Source of the DNA: Catajapyx aquilonaris
Lineage: Eukaryota
Length of the DNA stretch: 64,000 nt
Reading direction: 5' to 3'
Assembly: GCA_000934665.2 (NCBI GenBank)
Contig: JYFJ02000777.1
Coordinates: 1-64,000 of the forward strand
Made by a program: the position numbers and the translations under genes. Shown here piece after piece: positions 50,832 to 64,000 of the stretch. The notes beneath the pieces were generated by a model. It was given only the letters and a program-made list of their open reading frames with translations, did not search any database and was not told the origin of the DNA. Positions within the stretch are counted from its first letter, which is position 1; each line of letters starts with the position of its first letter.

Positions 50832-52809
50832 GAACTCCTGTATAAATTCAATAAAGACAAGTACTTAGTACCCACATCTTCCGCTTTCTACTATCGCTCT
50901 CCTAACGCGTATCCCACCTACCGGCCATTCCCTTAACTCTTTGAAGTTCGCCAATATTTCGCACACCTGTACACACCTTAAGAGAAAGCAACATAAATGC
51001 CTCGAGTCCCACCAGGAGGGCCATGTTTAGCCCCACCCGACCTTTTTCATTCACGCGACAATTTGGCCAGCAGGCAATGAACTTTCGACGTCATAATGTG
51101 GCGTAGTATGTGACGTACCTTGTCTCTTTTAAGGACACCTGGTTTTCCACCTGGGTTGTGGGCGAGAGACTCTTTCCTAAAAAGGTTGTTCAGAGGAGGT
51201 GAAGATGGACCTTGGTGGGACGACCCAGTTTAGGACGTGTTACGTGTCCAATCTTCAAGGATTTGCGATTCAAGATGACCACGTGTAGTAATAGTAATAT
51301 AGTGTCATTCATATGCCTCAGGGAGTTATTACAACTGCCCTTGATATACCAGAGAAAGTTTTAAGTGGTGGATCACACTTTCTTATGCACAATGATGCAA
51401 TAGTGGAGACTGTCAGTGACGTGTTGGAAATTCTAATAAAGCAGTGTTGTGAATTGACAATAGAGAGTCCTGAAGGTAGTATCCGACCTTGAATATCTGT
51501 ATGTAAAAAATGATGGGACGGGGTGTGGACAACATGTCGTAATGGTAAGTGGGACGATATGCTGGCTAAGAACTGGAGTGTCTAGTATGAGACATCACTT
51601 TCAACAGCAGCCCCACCCTGCTCATCCCATGCACATTCCATAGCATTAGGTAAGAAGTATGTTGTCCTTGGAGGTACCTGTACCTGTATACGTCACGGCC
51701 TGCATCCTTCTGGATTGGAGGCCAGGGGGGGTCATGGGAGGGGCTTAGTACTTTTATTTACTTCCTCCCACAATCGTGCCTTTTGCACCTCAGCCGCCCG
51801 CGTGTGTCTCGTGTGTGTATGCGTGTATGTGTGTGTTGCCATGTAGTATCTGGACTGGTGTTAGAAACGCCCGTGGTACGTCGCAAATAGTCCTGGTAAG
51901 TACTACCTAATAGTGCAAACTAGTTATGCAAGTATTCTTAGAAATGACGTCGTATGTTCAGTACAGTGTGTATCATAATGTTAAACCATATTAAGTTAGG
52001 ATATGCAAATGCAGGGACTTAAACTCCGAACATATTGAAAGGAGCTAAGACGTCCCTGACCCCAGATGAGAGGTCGACTGAAAAAGTGGCAACAACGATT
52101 CCCACTCTCTGCTTCCAACATATGCATACTCAACCCTTTCAAGTTTTCCTTCGTCCAGGAAAGATAAGGCAAAAAAAAAATACCAAGCCTGAGGATGTTA
52201 AAATTCTTTACAAACAAAGGTATGACCTGGTGGCAGATAAGAACCGGAACTATGATGACTTCAGACTTTATTTTTGGAATGAAGTCTACTGAACTGTCAG
52301 GTGACCCACACCCACGTATAGGTGTGGCAATGGTTGCGAAAGTTGAGGATGGCCACCTGTGATCCCCCGCCACACACCTTACAAGGAGATAGAGGGGGCA
52401 TAGTTGCCACACTGCAACAATCGACAGGTTAATAGATGACCATCTTTGATGAAGAGGAATTTTGTATCCGCGCCCATCCGAGCGTTGAATTCGCCCCCAT
52501 AAGGAACGTCGTAATTGTGAAGCTCGAGGCAATTGTCGGCTGCTTTACCGTGTATGGTGGGGCGTGGTGACTCTTCTGTAGGATCATTGGCCTGTTGAAG
52601 ATAAATCTGGCTGCGTTGCAATGTTAGAGGACATGTCTTGAGGCGACTGTCCGGAAATGGACTTTGACCTCTCTCATGTTGTTTTGAGGGCCATTTAGCA
52701 ACGACTTTATGAAAAAAAGGGGGTCAGGGCAAGCTGCAATTGGGCACCCATTTTTTGGTAGAAATTATCTTCATTTGCGCTTCTTTTCTTCGGCAGGTTG
52801 CTGGTGGTG

Positions 52810-55800
52810 ATGGCGGCATCTGTGGGGACCATGGTTCGACATTTTCAAAAAGATAATCAACTGGTTAGCAAGGTAGGACATTAGTTTCAACACATATTCA
52901 TTTCACTGGAACCTATAGTTACAAAATTCTCCGGATTCGCAATGTTGGCACCAGTCACCGTACGTTACATCATAAGTGAACCGTGCTGCTGCGAAACGAA
53001 AGGATTGGTAGTTCTGGCAATTATAGAAGGAGGAAAGTGACAGCGTGTGAAACAGTTTGGAGCGTGTGAATGAGCAGTTGTACAAGTCATGTGTACCTTC
53101 ATTAGTAGGAAGTGAGAGGCTGGAGGTATTTTAAGTGGACCGTTTTGTTGCTGGTGATTTGTGTACGACAGTACGAGTCAGAATGGTATGATGTCATTTG
53201 AGAAACTCTTTCATGTTAATAAATTAACCGATTCTAATTTCGTTGTAGGTGGACCCAGACGATTCATTACCGACCACAAAGCAAGGTAAGCTTTCTCTTA
53301 GTCGTGCACCTGTACGACCTATATTTTCTCATTGATCACTTTTTGATTATTGCACTTCTCTGGAGGTCTCTTCACACGCTTTTATAGCCTTGTAAATGTG
53401 ACCAACACGTGCGCAAAATGCCCGCAAATTAACGATTCTATGGCCTATTAATAATCTCCTGTCACGTCCTAGATGGAATGTGCAAAGGTCGTCTGTTAGA
53501 ACTCTATTCGTTCGGGTTGGTTGCATTGCTGTCGGCTTCCGGGGTGGGCATTGTCGTGAGGTCACGCGCGAGCGACGAGGTCACATTTTATAGCCTTGAA
53601 CGTCGACAAACGACTGAGACACTCCCCACTTCATCTTCTAACCCCTCGATTACCTCACCGTCGCCGACACTTTAGCAATCTTGCGGTTGTACCGCGAAAG
53701 TGCTCGGAATGACCTCTGACCTCGCGCTTTCACTCTGTGGGCGTGGGGGCCGAACACCCCCCTTCTTTTATACCGTGGGGCTGTCTCGGGGGCAGAACCG
53801 CCCCTTCTTTCTTTTCTACCCTGGGTGGCTCGGCCTTCTTGTATAATAACAGACCCTGACTGATGTCCTCGTGGTCTTCCCATCCGCAGAAGAGTGGGTC
53901 ACGAAGAAGACGGTGGAGCAGACAAGGAAGAAGCAGATAGAGACCAGAGTCAAAAGGCAGTTGCTGCTGGAGGATGGACACGTGGTTGAGGACTCTGGAC
54001 CCATGGTGACATCCTCCACCACCGAGGACCTGCAGACAGAAGAGAAGGAAGCCACGGAGGTCAGTAGTTGGGAGGTCCTAAGAGTTAATTGGTTTGTCGT
54101 GAAGTGAAAGTGGTCGTGGCATCGGTTCTCGTGAGCGATTAATTGGTAACGGCGAGATACATTTTGCAGCACCGAACTCTGGATGATCCTATTCTCCCGC
54201 TTCTTTCACCGTCACCCATTGGAGGGTCTTCGTCCACCACCGAAGACGGAACAGTTGTGAAGGAAACCACTGAGCGAAAGGTTACTTCAAAGGAGCAGAA
54301 ACAGTCCAGACTGGCCACGGAGGAAGTCAGGCATTTGGGAGATATTGCTAATGAGGTTAGTTGTGCTGGCAAATTTATTTGGTCATAAATCGTGACTTGT
54401 TCGATGTACCGAGAATTACTGGACCGTTATTCCAATCTTATGTGAGAAAACTTCTTGCTCGGATTCTTATGGAAAGTGTAATGGGATCTCGCTCGTGAAA
54501 GTCGACAATGCGACGAGAAATTCAGTATTTTATGGTCTAGAAAATATGCGGGTGATGCATAGTTCTCAGCATAATAACATACTGTTCAATGTGCTGTGCG
54601 TGATGCTGCTGAACTATGACGAGCTAAGTCAAGTGGGGGAAAAAATGTAGGGTACTGTATAATTATGCTGACAAAAATTTTGCTACGTACTTTATGGACA
54701 TATTCACGTAGGCATCAACAGCTGTCATGCTCGAAGGTCTGGCGTATTTTAGCCGTCATTTATAACCAGGAGTAATAATACCCTCAAAAAACGGGAATGT
54801 AACCTTAACTGTCGGAAGGAAAAAATAGGCACGCCAATTAAAGGATAGATAAAAAATATTTTAAATGTGCAGAAAATTTGACATGTCATTACGAAATATA
54901 ACGTATCTCCAATTGCAGGATGTGGATCGAGCATTGAAAGAAGGTACCGACATTCGCGAGTTGATCCGTCAACGTCAGGACGCAATTGCCTCCAACCCTT
55001 ACCAATTGTCTCCAGTGTCTAAAGTGGTGCACCAGTCCAGCAAACATCGAAAGGTGACTGACACCGAGGACACCACCGAAGTCAGCCGAGTCAAAGACGG
55101 AACCATTGTCAAGGAGATCACGACGAAGTAAGTCACATCATTTCCAACTATGGTTTGCCAACTGATGACACGACTTTTTTTTACTGCAGGCAAGAGCACG
55201 ACGAGTATTCACATTCTTCTGGAAGTGACAGCAGCGACGAAGAAGAAGGCGAGAAGGAAATTACCAAAGAAGGGTCACACACTTATGCGCACACTAAGAA
55301 CGAGGATTTTGTGGAATATTATAAGGTCCCTAAAGGAGCTGCCTTGTCAGAAGGCGTGAAGGTAATTCATAATGTTTTTCTTTACTGCCATTGTCCAGTG
55401 TCATTAGCACGTTTAAAGCATACTTTGTCAGGGTAAATTCAAGGTTATGGGCTTTACAGAGCGGAAATGGTTTTCGAAACTAACTGTTCCGCCACTTTTG
55501 CGATTTATTGGCAATGAAATTCTTGTGATGGGTTTTTGAGAATTCTGTGCGCATCCTAAGATTGCTTCAAGTTGCTGCTCAGAATCTATGATACAACTCG
55601 ATCTGGCAATAATTTTTGCAATATACTGTTTGATATCGAAAGTGAAGTATTAGCAAATTCAGCATTCAAATAAATTAGCTTCATTTTATAATTTTGCAGT
55701 CAATTTTTGCACAAATCAGAACACATTGTTCATTCCTATTTTGTGACAACAACTCAAAAGGAAATTACGCAGCTTTTCCCTAGATTTCACTCTCCTTGCC

Positions 55801-58800
55801 TTTACTTTGGTATCGTATCACATCCTCCAAATAATTTCGACCCAAAAAGGTCTAGTCCCATGCAATTTAACCCAAGACATTTCGCCCTACGTAATAATTC
55901 TCATCCAATATACCTTTTCGTCCAAAACGAATAATGGCCTAGTTGCAGCATTTTGGGTTGGCCTGTGGACAGATTATTTTTCCTCGTCATTATTGCTGTC
56001 AACAATGCATGTAACAATAGCAAGAATAACTCCCAATCCATGGATTTTCTCAGTTATTAAATTGGTCTCCGCAAAATATATTTTTTTGACTGTGTCGCTC
56101 TGGACGAAAATGGTGCCTTGGGCGAAAATGGTGCCTTGGGCGAAATGTCTAGGATGAATCTGCCATGGACGAAATATCTACAGACACTCAGCGGACAGGA
56201 ATGGATTTGGCGAAGTGTTACCCATCCCTATTTGAAGACATACCGGTACTATTTTAGTTTTATGCTGCCTATATGTTCATTTTTATGGCAGTAAAATTAC
56301 TGTAGCAGAAAATTAGTGCTAATTAAAGTTATGTAACAATGCATAATTTGGAATCAGATCCAGTTTGTTAAAAGATTCCAATAATAATTTAATGGCAATC
56401 CATAAAAATTAATAATATTCTTGTAAGGCCCTTTGTTATGTAAACTGAGTAGTGATTGCAACAATGTTGATGCCATTTACAAGTGATAAAAATCAAAGTA
56501 GGCATATAATTATAAAATGAAGTTGAGTTACGCATACATGCAGTTACGAACGACTCAAATCCCTTACATACCATAGCCATCACCGACAAAAAAAGTCAAA
56601 ACGCCTGAGGAAAAAAGACTTGGTGGGCAGTAACCAAATTACACAATTCACTTAAGCTATACTGTAGCAACAGCTGCTGAGATACGCAATATCAGATGCA
56701 AATCCCCTCTGAAAAATGTAGGTCTAGACCACGTCCTCTTAGAAAGCCTGCCAAAAAGCAACAACAGAAAGCTGCCACCCCATCCATCAGTTGGGACTTG
56801 TAAAAGTTGTCCCCACCCTACCCGATCCATATCCATCCAGATTTTGCTGACCTTGGTCACACTCACATGTTGTGTAAGTAAGTGCGCCTGAGTGGACAAG
56901 AAGCCCTCTATAGGTTGGTCATGGTAATTGGCAGGTGGGCGAAGGGATGCATTACGTGTCGGAGGACCTGAGCGAAGAACGGAAGGGCGATTGGGAGCCT
57001 CCTTCTGCGTGGCGGCCCAGAGTGAAGGTCTCTCCTGGGCCAGTAGGTGTCGGAGACAGGGCCGATGTGGTAACTCGCCGGCCCCTGGATCTACTGGCAG
57101 AGGAAAAAGCAAGACAAAGCCACACTCAAAAGTGGTGGAGGAGCCACTTTGGTGTTGACGATACTCCTAGATATCGAGACATGGGTCTGGCCACCTCCAG
57201 GGTGATCATCCCGGAGATGGTGCGATCCACAGATCCCGGATTGAGGTGGGTCGGAATGACTGCGGGGGCACCTGTGTAGGTAGACAGGTAGGTGGAAACT
57301 AAAATCCGGTATTCGCAACAGGTCCGATGTGGGTGTCGTCCCTGTGAGGCCTCCCAGACACAAGCCCAAGATGCAGAGCGTCAACGGGAGAGGAAAGGAG
57401 CAGATGTTGTTGCAACAGCGGGCTTCTTCTTCGTCTCCAATGGATCGTTCCAGGTCAGTTAGGTGGTCACTTGATACTAAGCCAGAGTAATTATGATAGG
57501 ATATGGGGAAGAATCCTTGAGGTACAAGATCAAGGGCGAGGCAAAATTTAGCAGGGGGTGGGAAGTGGAATAGGAGGATGGCATCAGACTCCACCTCAGC
57601 CTCCGCCTACATCCGCCTCAAGACATCGGAATGAGGAAGGAACTCAGCCTCATTTGTTTGCCATGGGAACATCAGAACGTATTAATAGTAGGACGCTACT
57701 AATGTGCCAAACTGTTACTCTCCTTGTTTGATAATCACTGACCAATTTTTATGTAATGCTTATACGGTTGTTGAATAAAACTGAATTTTTTGACATACTA
57801 GAAGTAGACTTTTTATTGTTGAGATTGAGAGTTAGCATATAGATTCTTTTATATTTCCAGTTCCATATCGCCAGCACAGCCTACCCAACGGTTTTACCTT
57901 GGCGAGGATCCATTTCGTGGCAGCATTTATGGTCGCGAAAGTGAGTACCCAGACACACAACCCCTCTCCAAGTCCAGAGGTTCTCGATATCACAGTCAGA
58001 ATCATCATCGGAGATCAGCGTCCCCAGCGGAAGGAAGAAAAGTGCAATTCAATGGTCCGTATTGTCGCGCACATGGGAGAACTCCCATAAAAGGAAAGTG
58101 ATCCAACATTTCTGACCTTTTTTTTAAATTAAAGGGTCGACAACACTAGGTCGTCTGAGCAAGTCTTCCACTAGGTTGTCAAACGACTCCTCTGATGACT
58201 TGCGCACACGAACAGTCCCAAGACGATTGGCCAGCAGCACTAGTCCATCTAATGGAACCATCAACGTGTCCATCATCAATCAGGTGAACCGTCGTCCCCT
58301 GAACCGAAGCCAGAGCTTCACTGTGCAAGGATCGACCCCAATAGGATCCAAGAGGTCGACATTTACTAGCTCACTTAGGAAGGATGGAGATGTGCACAAA
58401 TCTACACCATTCTTGGACACTGCAAATTCCTTGAAGAGCCCAGGACTCATACGCAGTTTGAGTCGGTCCCAAAAGGACATTTCTAATGGATACCAAGAGT
58501 CTCGAACACATTCTAGGGTGACAAATGGTGGTAGTGACCTCTTCACTACATCCAGCAACAAGAAGTAAGATTTATATATTTCTTTCACGTCATAGGGTCA
58601 CTAATTATTTATGCTCATTGTGTTAACAGAACGAGTGACAAGAATGAGTGGCGACTGAACGGAATCAACAGCAGCAACACCCCTCGCTGGGGAAGCCGCG
58701 TCAAAGAAATCCCGGTCAAAGTGGTCAACAGCAACAGTACAACCAGTGAAGACAAGAAGTCCGTGTTTCTTCGAGGTCTCCGCAACACTGCTCCAGAGCT

Positions 58801-59137
58801 GTTCATGCAGTTGCACGGCAATGACGACGGTGGCAGTCACAAGAGCACGACACCACCGCCTCCTCTGGTGCGGCACTCACCATCCTTCCGTTCCTCAACC
58901 AGCAGCGGAGGATATCCAGAGGACATAAACGAAACAGTGCGGGTCACCACCAGCAACGACGACCCCAACAGGCTCACAAACTCCGACACTGTCAGGCGCT
59001 ATTGTCGTCGGTCGTCACCAGGGGCGACCTACGAAGCGACCGAGACACACAAGGTGACCAAGTCCAGACTCAGAGAGCCGGACATCAGCAACAGGGGGGT
59101 GGTCATAGAGGTCAGGGACTGGGATCGGCGACACTGA
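52810..59137 (+). CDS. Large low-complexity adaptor-like protein (recalled resemblance to Drosophila chascon, unverified)
   Basis: Ten phase-compatible exons: 52810-52872, 53249-53285, 53890-54059, 54170-54355, 54919-55127, 55190-55361, 56935-57245, 57861-58054, 58135-58564 and 58630-59137. Motif-like islands are IETRVKRQLLLEDGHVVEDSGP, QRFYLGEDPFRGSIYGRE, LGRLSKS, APELFMQLHG and RGVVIEVRD. Confidence 0.8.
55815..56190. mobile_element. Degenerate TIR element with subterminal tandem motifs
   Basis: agacatttcgccc on the left pairs with gggcgaaatgtct on the right; tandem cgaaaatggtgccttggg units at ~56105-56140. Confidence 0.45.
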
Positions 59138-60549
59138 TCACCATGAGCACATGACAGGAGGTAGTGACAGATTGATAGTAGTTAACAGCAGGTGATCATA
59201 TAGCAAAATGGATACCGCTGTTGATTTCAGGATATGATTTTCTTGTCTATTTGTCTCAATTTTTTAAAGAAAGGTATGACCTCAAATACCTCATCGACCC
59301 TGGTCGAGGTTTTTTTCTCAATGACCCACAAGTCGCCGCTAGCACCCACCAGCAATGACCTACATTTTTGGACGCCCCTGACATTCTTCTGAATGTATGG
59401 GGGCGACATGCGAGGTCACCCGCCCCATTCTTGCCGATAATTTCAAGCCATCTGTCCCCCATCACACCAAATATGGACAGATCACCGAGGCACAATTAGT
59501 CCTCATACAGCCAATATGAAAATCTGTCAACTGTGCCAAACTGTTCGTGTGCCACCCCCTACAAACATAAAACGGCGTCAATGTTTTTATATTACATAGT
59601 TAACTGACGGATTTTCTATAGTAATACAGAATAAATCTTTCACCCTACCAGCATAATGCATACTGTTGAGTTATTAGATTAGTCCACTAATTACTGGTGT
59701 CCAGATGTATTATGCACATCAGCCTTCACACTCGACTGGAATATGCCTTGTTTCAGTAACAATCATGTAATTTGCTCCAAATAAAAACGAACCTTGATAA
59801 CATTTTGTGTTCCAGTTATTTCAATAAGCCTGATTACAAGGTAAGGCTTATTACAAAGGTGTGACATATATTTAATAAATGCAGGAACGCCCACTGGCCC
59901 TCCCATGCCATAAACTCATTAAGGTGAAAGTCACGTTTGCATAGTGCCATGAAACAGCCACAAGATGGCTCTGATCTCCCACATGCTTCTAGATCGTTGT
60001 CTAAAAATTCGTTAGATGTCTCTCGTTTTATCTGTCCTTCAATTGGCCCAGGGATTCCAATGCCAGAATGGACTGGTGACCACCAAGTATATCGACGCAA
60101 TATTTACTCATTTCTTACAGTGTTTTTCAAAGCGTGATTTCAAGGATTCGTCGCCTGTACCTTGAAAGCAACGTAATTCTCAAGGCAACTGCCCAGGAGG
60201 TATATTTATTACACTTTCATTTTCGCACCCGAAGCTGGTCATAAGGAAGTCTGGGCCATTTAAATGAAAATGACATTTTTCAAGTGGGTTCCTAGAAGAA
60301 GGGGAATTGACCGAGATGACCATATTTCCAGAACTGCTGAGCATTGAAGGCGGTGCCAGCAGGTAGAGGATCGCGTGGCGCCCACTCGCAATCGGGATTA
60401 GTGCGAGGGCCGACGAGGGACAGTGCTTTGCAGCTCAAGCCGGGATGGATCACCAGACACAACGGACACATAGCTGACGTGGTGCCGCTGGTGAAAGGTG
60501 TTACTACTGGACAGCTACACGTTCCGGTATGTTTGACCTTATAGTAGCA

Positions 60550-60660
60550 CCATAAGCACTTTGGAGTATTACCCTTTACAGTATAGGGTAATACTCCAAA
60601 GTGCTTATGGAATATTACCCTTTACGGTATAGGGTAATACTTATGGTAAAGTTTACCATA
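60550..60660. repeat. Perfect 26-bp hairpin followed by two shorter palindromes
   Basis: 60550-60575 pairs exactly with 60585-60610 around a 9-nt loop. A truncated copy tattaccct-ttacggtat-agggtaata and tatggtaaagtttaccata follow. Confidence 0.9.
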
Positions 60661-63600
60661 TAAAATTAGTAGAGCAGCATATAACAAAAGGCTATAGGGT
60701 GGAAGCCAACATCCTCTCTCTCTCAACGTACACCACCCAGGAAGGGCCTGTAAAATAAACAAGAGCCAGGAAACTCGGTTCAACAATCTGTTTTCCCATA
60801 CATGGCTTCCTCAGTCCAAACCATTTCATAATCATTGGTATTCTTCCCAGTTTGATAGCAGCAAGTGAAAGCTTCGCACTGAGGTGCACTTGTTCATGGA
60901 TGGATAATTTGCAACATGACCAAATACATGCTGTATACACTTAGAGGGGGGGCTTTACTGTACTTTTTTTCCTTCTTCCTGCTCAACCATCCGTCTCATC
61001 CCTCCCATACTATTTTTGCCCCCATTTCCTTGCCTCAGAAAAATTCGAGGCTGCAAATGGCTAGGGAGCAATCGCCGTGACTTGTACTTCAAAAAGGCGG
61101 GGCGGATAAGGAACTTGGGTTCCGGTCTTGTCGATCCGGTCCATTTGATTGCCTGTGAACCACGTAGCCGGATTTTTTGTTGACGATTTTCCGAACAAAA
61201 AATAGGATCAGTCATTTCCATATGGCGTTTCGAAACATTTTCATAGAAATGTACAGTTACGTAACGCGACGTTACTGAGGGTGACATTGTATTTCATATG
61301 GAGGCGTCGTGGTGAACCCCCGCGAGGTCAACACGGTCCCTTCCAATAAGTGAACGTACCCCACCCCTGTCTCCTACAGGAAGGTGTCCAAATAAGGTGC
61401 GACCTCCCCCATGTCTCGTGACAGGTGTGCTCCTCAGATGCGTCGTCACCGGAAGGAAAAATATTCTTCGTTGTCATACGAGGAGTTGCATGCTGAGAGC
61501 CCTTGAAACACACCATCAAGCTTCAACCCACTCATTAAAAGTGCTGGCCGGACATTGCCCCTAGTCGACTCATCCGGCTTTGGGATCAACTCACCCCTAA
61601 TGCGTTTCGGTCGATTATGAGTTGACGTGTGATTGATCGACCGCCTGCTATCGGACTCTAAGGTACTTATATACGTGGCCTGAAGTGACTTCGACCTCAA
61701 GAGGGTGACGTAGGCGGGACAAGTCGCCTCCGCCCTGTTGCTGCCGCCTAATGACGTCAACGGCCGTTTCATCTTCTGGTGTCATGTGGAAATATATATA
61801 TTTTTTACGATCATTTTATGTTGTCTGGGCATGGCAGAGGCGGGAATGATTAAATCAAACGATTCATCATGGTCATATCGACTCATTGCCTAGAAATGTC
61901 CAAGAGGATGCGTGTACAAAACGGTAAAAAAATTAATTTCCGTCCAAACTGTAAACACGATTTCTGCCGGAAGAGTAATTAAACGTGTAACGGAAAATCC
62001 GGCGAAACCCTTGGCGAAACCATACCTGACTGATCCTGAGGAATGATGCACCTCTTGGGCTACCATGGAGGCCAAGATCGGGCGTGGTCAATATGTAGGT
62101 GTATGCACCTACCAAAAACATGACCTGTTTTTTCTGCCCCATTTCGAGCCCTCCCTTGAACGTGTGGCCCCTAAGGACGTCGAGCAGGAGGACTGGAAGA
62201 ACCTGTCTTCTTGCTGGAGCGTCATCTCACATCACGCACCCCACTGGGTATACGAGTGTGGTTACACTGTAATAGTAGGTTCTGCATATGTAACCCTCAG
62301 AAGACGCGAGAGGAAGGTAAAAGACTGGATGGACCTAAAGGCTTCGGAATGACCGCTTTCAAGGTCTCTTCGGGACGTTCAACCGCTGAACGGAAAACCT
62401 AACGCCATTATTCCGAGGCCATTTTTGCCAAACGTAGGTAGGGGGGCGAATTCTTCAGATATTGTTGACCATCCATGACATACATTGAAATAGTCCGACC
62501 TTCACCCTGTCTATTAGTATTTTTTTGTGTGTGATGGTCATTTCTTTTGTGCCTATTGGAGCCACTGATTGGAAGCAACCAGCAGGTGCTCTGATTGCTT
62601 CCAACATCTTTTATTCTTTTAAGAACAGTACGTGAAGATCGGGACCTTGGCTTTTTGGTGGCCTAAGATGCGGTGGGTGATTCCAAGAACCTGGCCTCAC
62701 GATTTCGGAGTGGTGAAAATTGCTTCGTGGTGTACTCTATCTGCTTATAGTGTTCGGTTGTGAATCTGGAACGATTGATTTGACAGGGTGTGGCCTGAAT
62801 CGTGCTAAGTAACATGTTACTATGACATAGCCTGATATGTCTATTGATAATATTTGCTTAGAATTTGTTGAAATGTTCAGGACTTAAGTCACCTTTCATG
62901 TCAGACTAAATCATACAACGTTGCAAAGTGGATGCACAACCCACCTAAACGTGACTTGTCCCACCTTCTGTACTGCAAAAAAGGTGCATTGTAATTCCCA
63001 GCACGAACGGCACCATAAAATGAAAAAGTGCATCATATATAACATGCTTGGCTTTTCTGCCGGTTTGAAATAATTTTACATGTTATGCCCATATTAGAAA
63101 GGTGTATTAATGCAATTATTCCGTCCATAAAATCTCAAAAAGTAACGTAAACTATACTGTACTGCGGACACAACCCTGGTACCGTATGCCAATTACATAT
63201 TACAGTCCTTGGCATACCGCAACGAACAACGCCACGAGTATGAATTAATATCTGATCATTAACTTACTCCAAAATACCTGAGCAGGAAACACAACTTGTT
63301 CGTCCACCCGATGGTTCCAAGAGCTCAAGACCTGAATACAAATTAGGAAACCAAACCTAATGATACCATCAACGTTTTTGTTTCGTTTCACCCTGTAATA
63401 ACAACCTTTTTGGCCCGTACATTTTGTGCTTAACGGTCGTTTATTCGCCATGGTTACTGAGCTGACAGATGATGTTGTGTAAGGTTAAGACCCTTCTCAG
63501 GGCAACTCCTACAGTGGGGCAGGTCCCTGGAACGTCAGTCACATGCTTTGCGAATGGGTGATGAGTTTACAAGATTAAAAACGCAAAAAATTGCAGGAAA

Positions 63601-64000
63601 AAAATTTGAAGGAGGTGCATGCCACTCACTTGAACCTACAGGTTGATTGTGTATGTGTCATACCAATCTGACGCGTAGTTCCTGAGATAAATCGTTAAGA
63701 GGAAGCTTCCTATTGGCTGCAGCGAACATGCGCAGACACACCGCGCACCCTATTTCGCTCCAGGCTCCAGCTCCGGATAATGATATTCAATGTCGACGTT
63801 GCCTTTCACTCGTATGTGTCCCCATCAGGAAGGATTCCTTTGTTGTCCGATTAAAGCACGCTTTGCGGCCAGGTGGTGTGCGGTCCCTGCCAGCCGACCG
63901 GAACCGTTTAATTAAACGGGCGAATTTCGCGGGAGGGACGACCGGCCATGCGCGAACGTTGTGTTGCATATTTCCAAGGATGAAACGGTGCCGTTTGACA

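Noticed and set aside
63095..63451. Possible small spliced minus-strand gene
   Set aside because: Splice-like sites exist, but the peptides are short and unrecognisable.

Overview
This is gene-dense eukaryotic DNA, not prokaryotic: genes have GT-AG introns, many only 53-75 nt long. An Ir68a-like ionotropic receptor points to a pancrustacean (insect, hexapod or crustacean). I hand-spliced the exons and could assemble these genes: an intron-containing PhnD/SsuA-like periplasmic-binding-fold gene (+), GLE1 (-), two tandem ACOX3 paralogues (-), GINS2/Psf2 (+), TRAF4 (-), RUSF1/C16orf58 (+), RWDD4 (-), Ir68a-like (+), an adenosine receptor (-), a 2-exon orphan with a 14-aa S/T/G/N repeat (+) and a 10-exon low-complexity adaptor-like gene (+). 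The window also holds two decayed F-box/LRR copies, a mariner relic with a nested foldback MITE, many MITEs and perfect hairpins. The most notable leads are: the bacterial-type solute-binding protein with spliceosomal introns and no visible signal peptide or ABC partner; RING-containing versus RING-less TRAF4 first exons; an active-site change between the ACOX3 paralogues; a long in-frame ORF behind the UGA-C stop of Psf2; stacked uORFs at the adenosine receptor start; and the orphan repeat gene, whose repeat variation is mostly synonymous. All gene models are manual and no searches were run.
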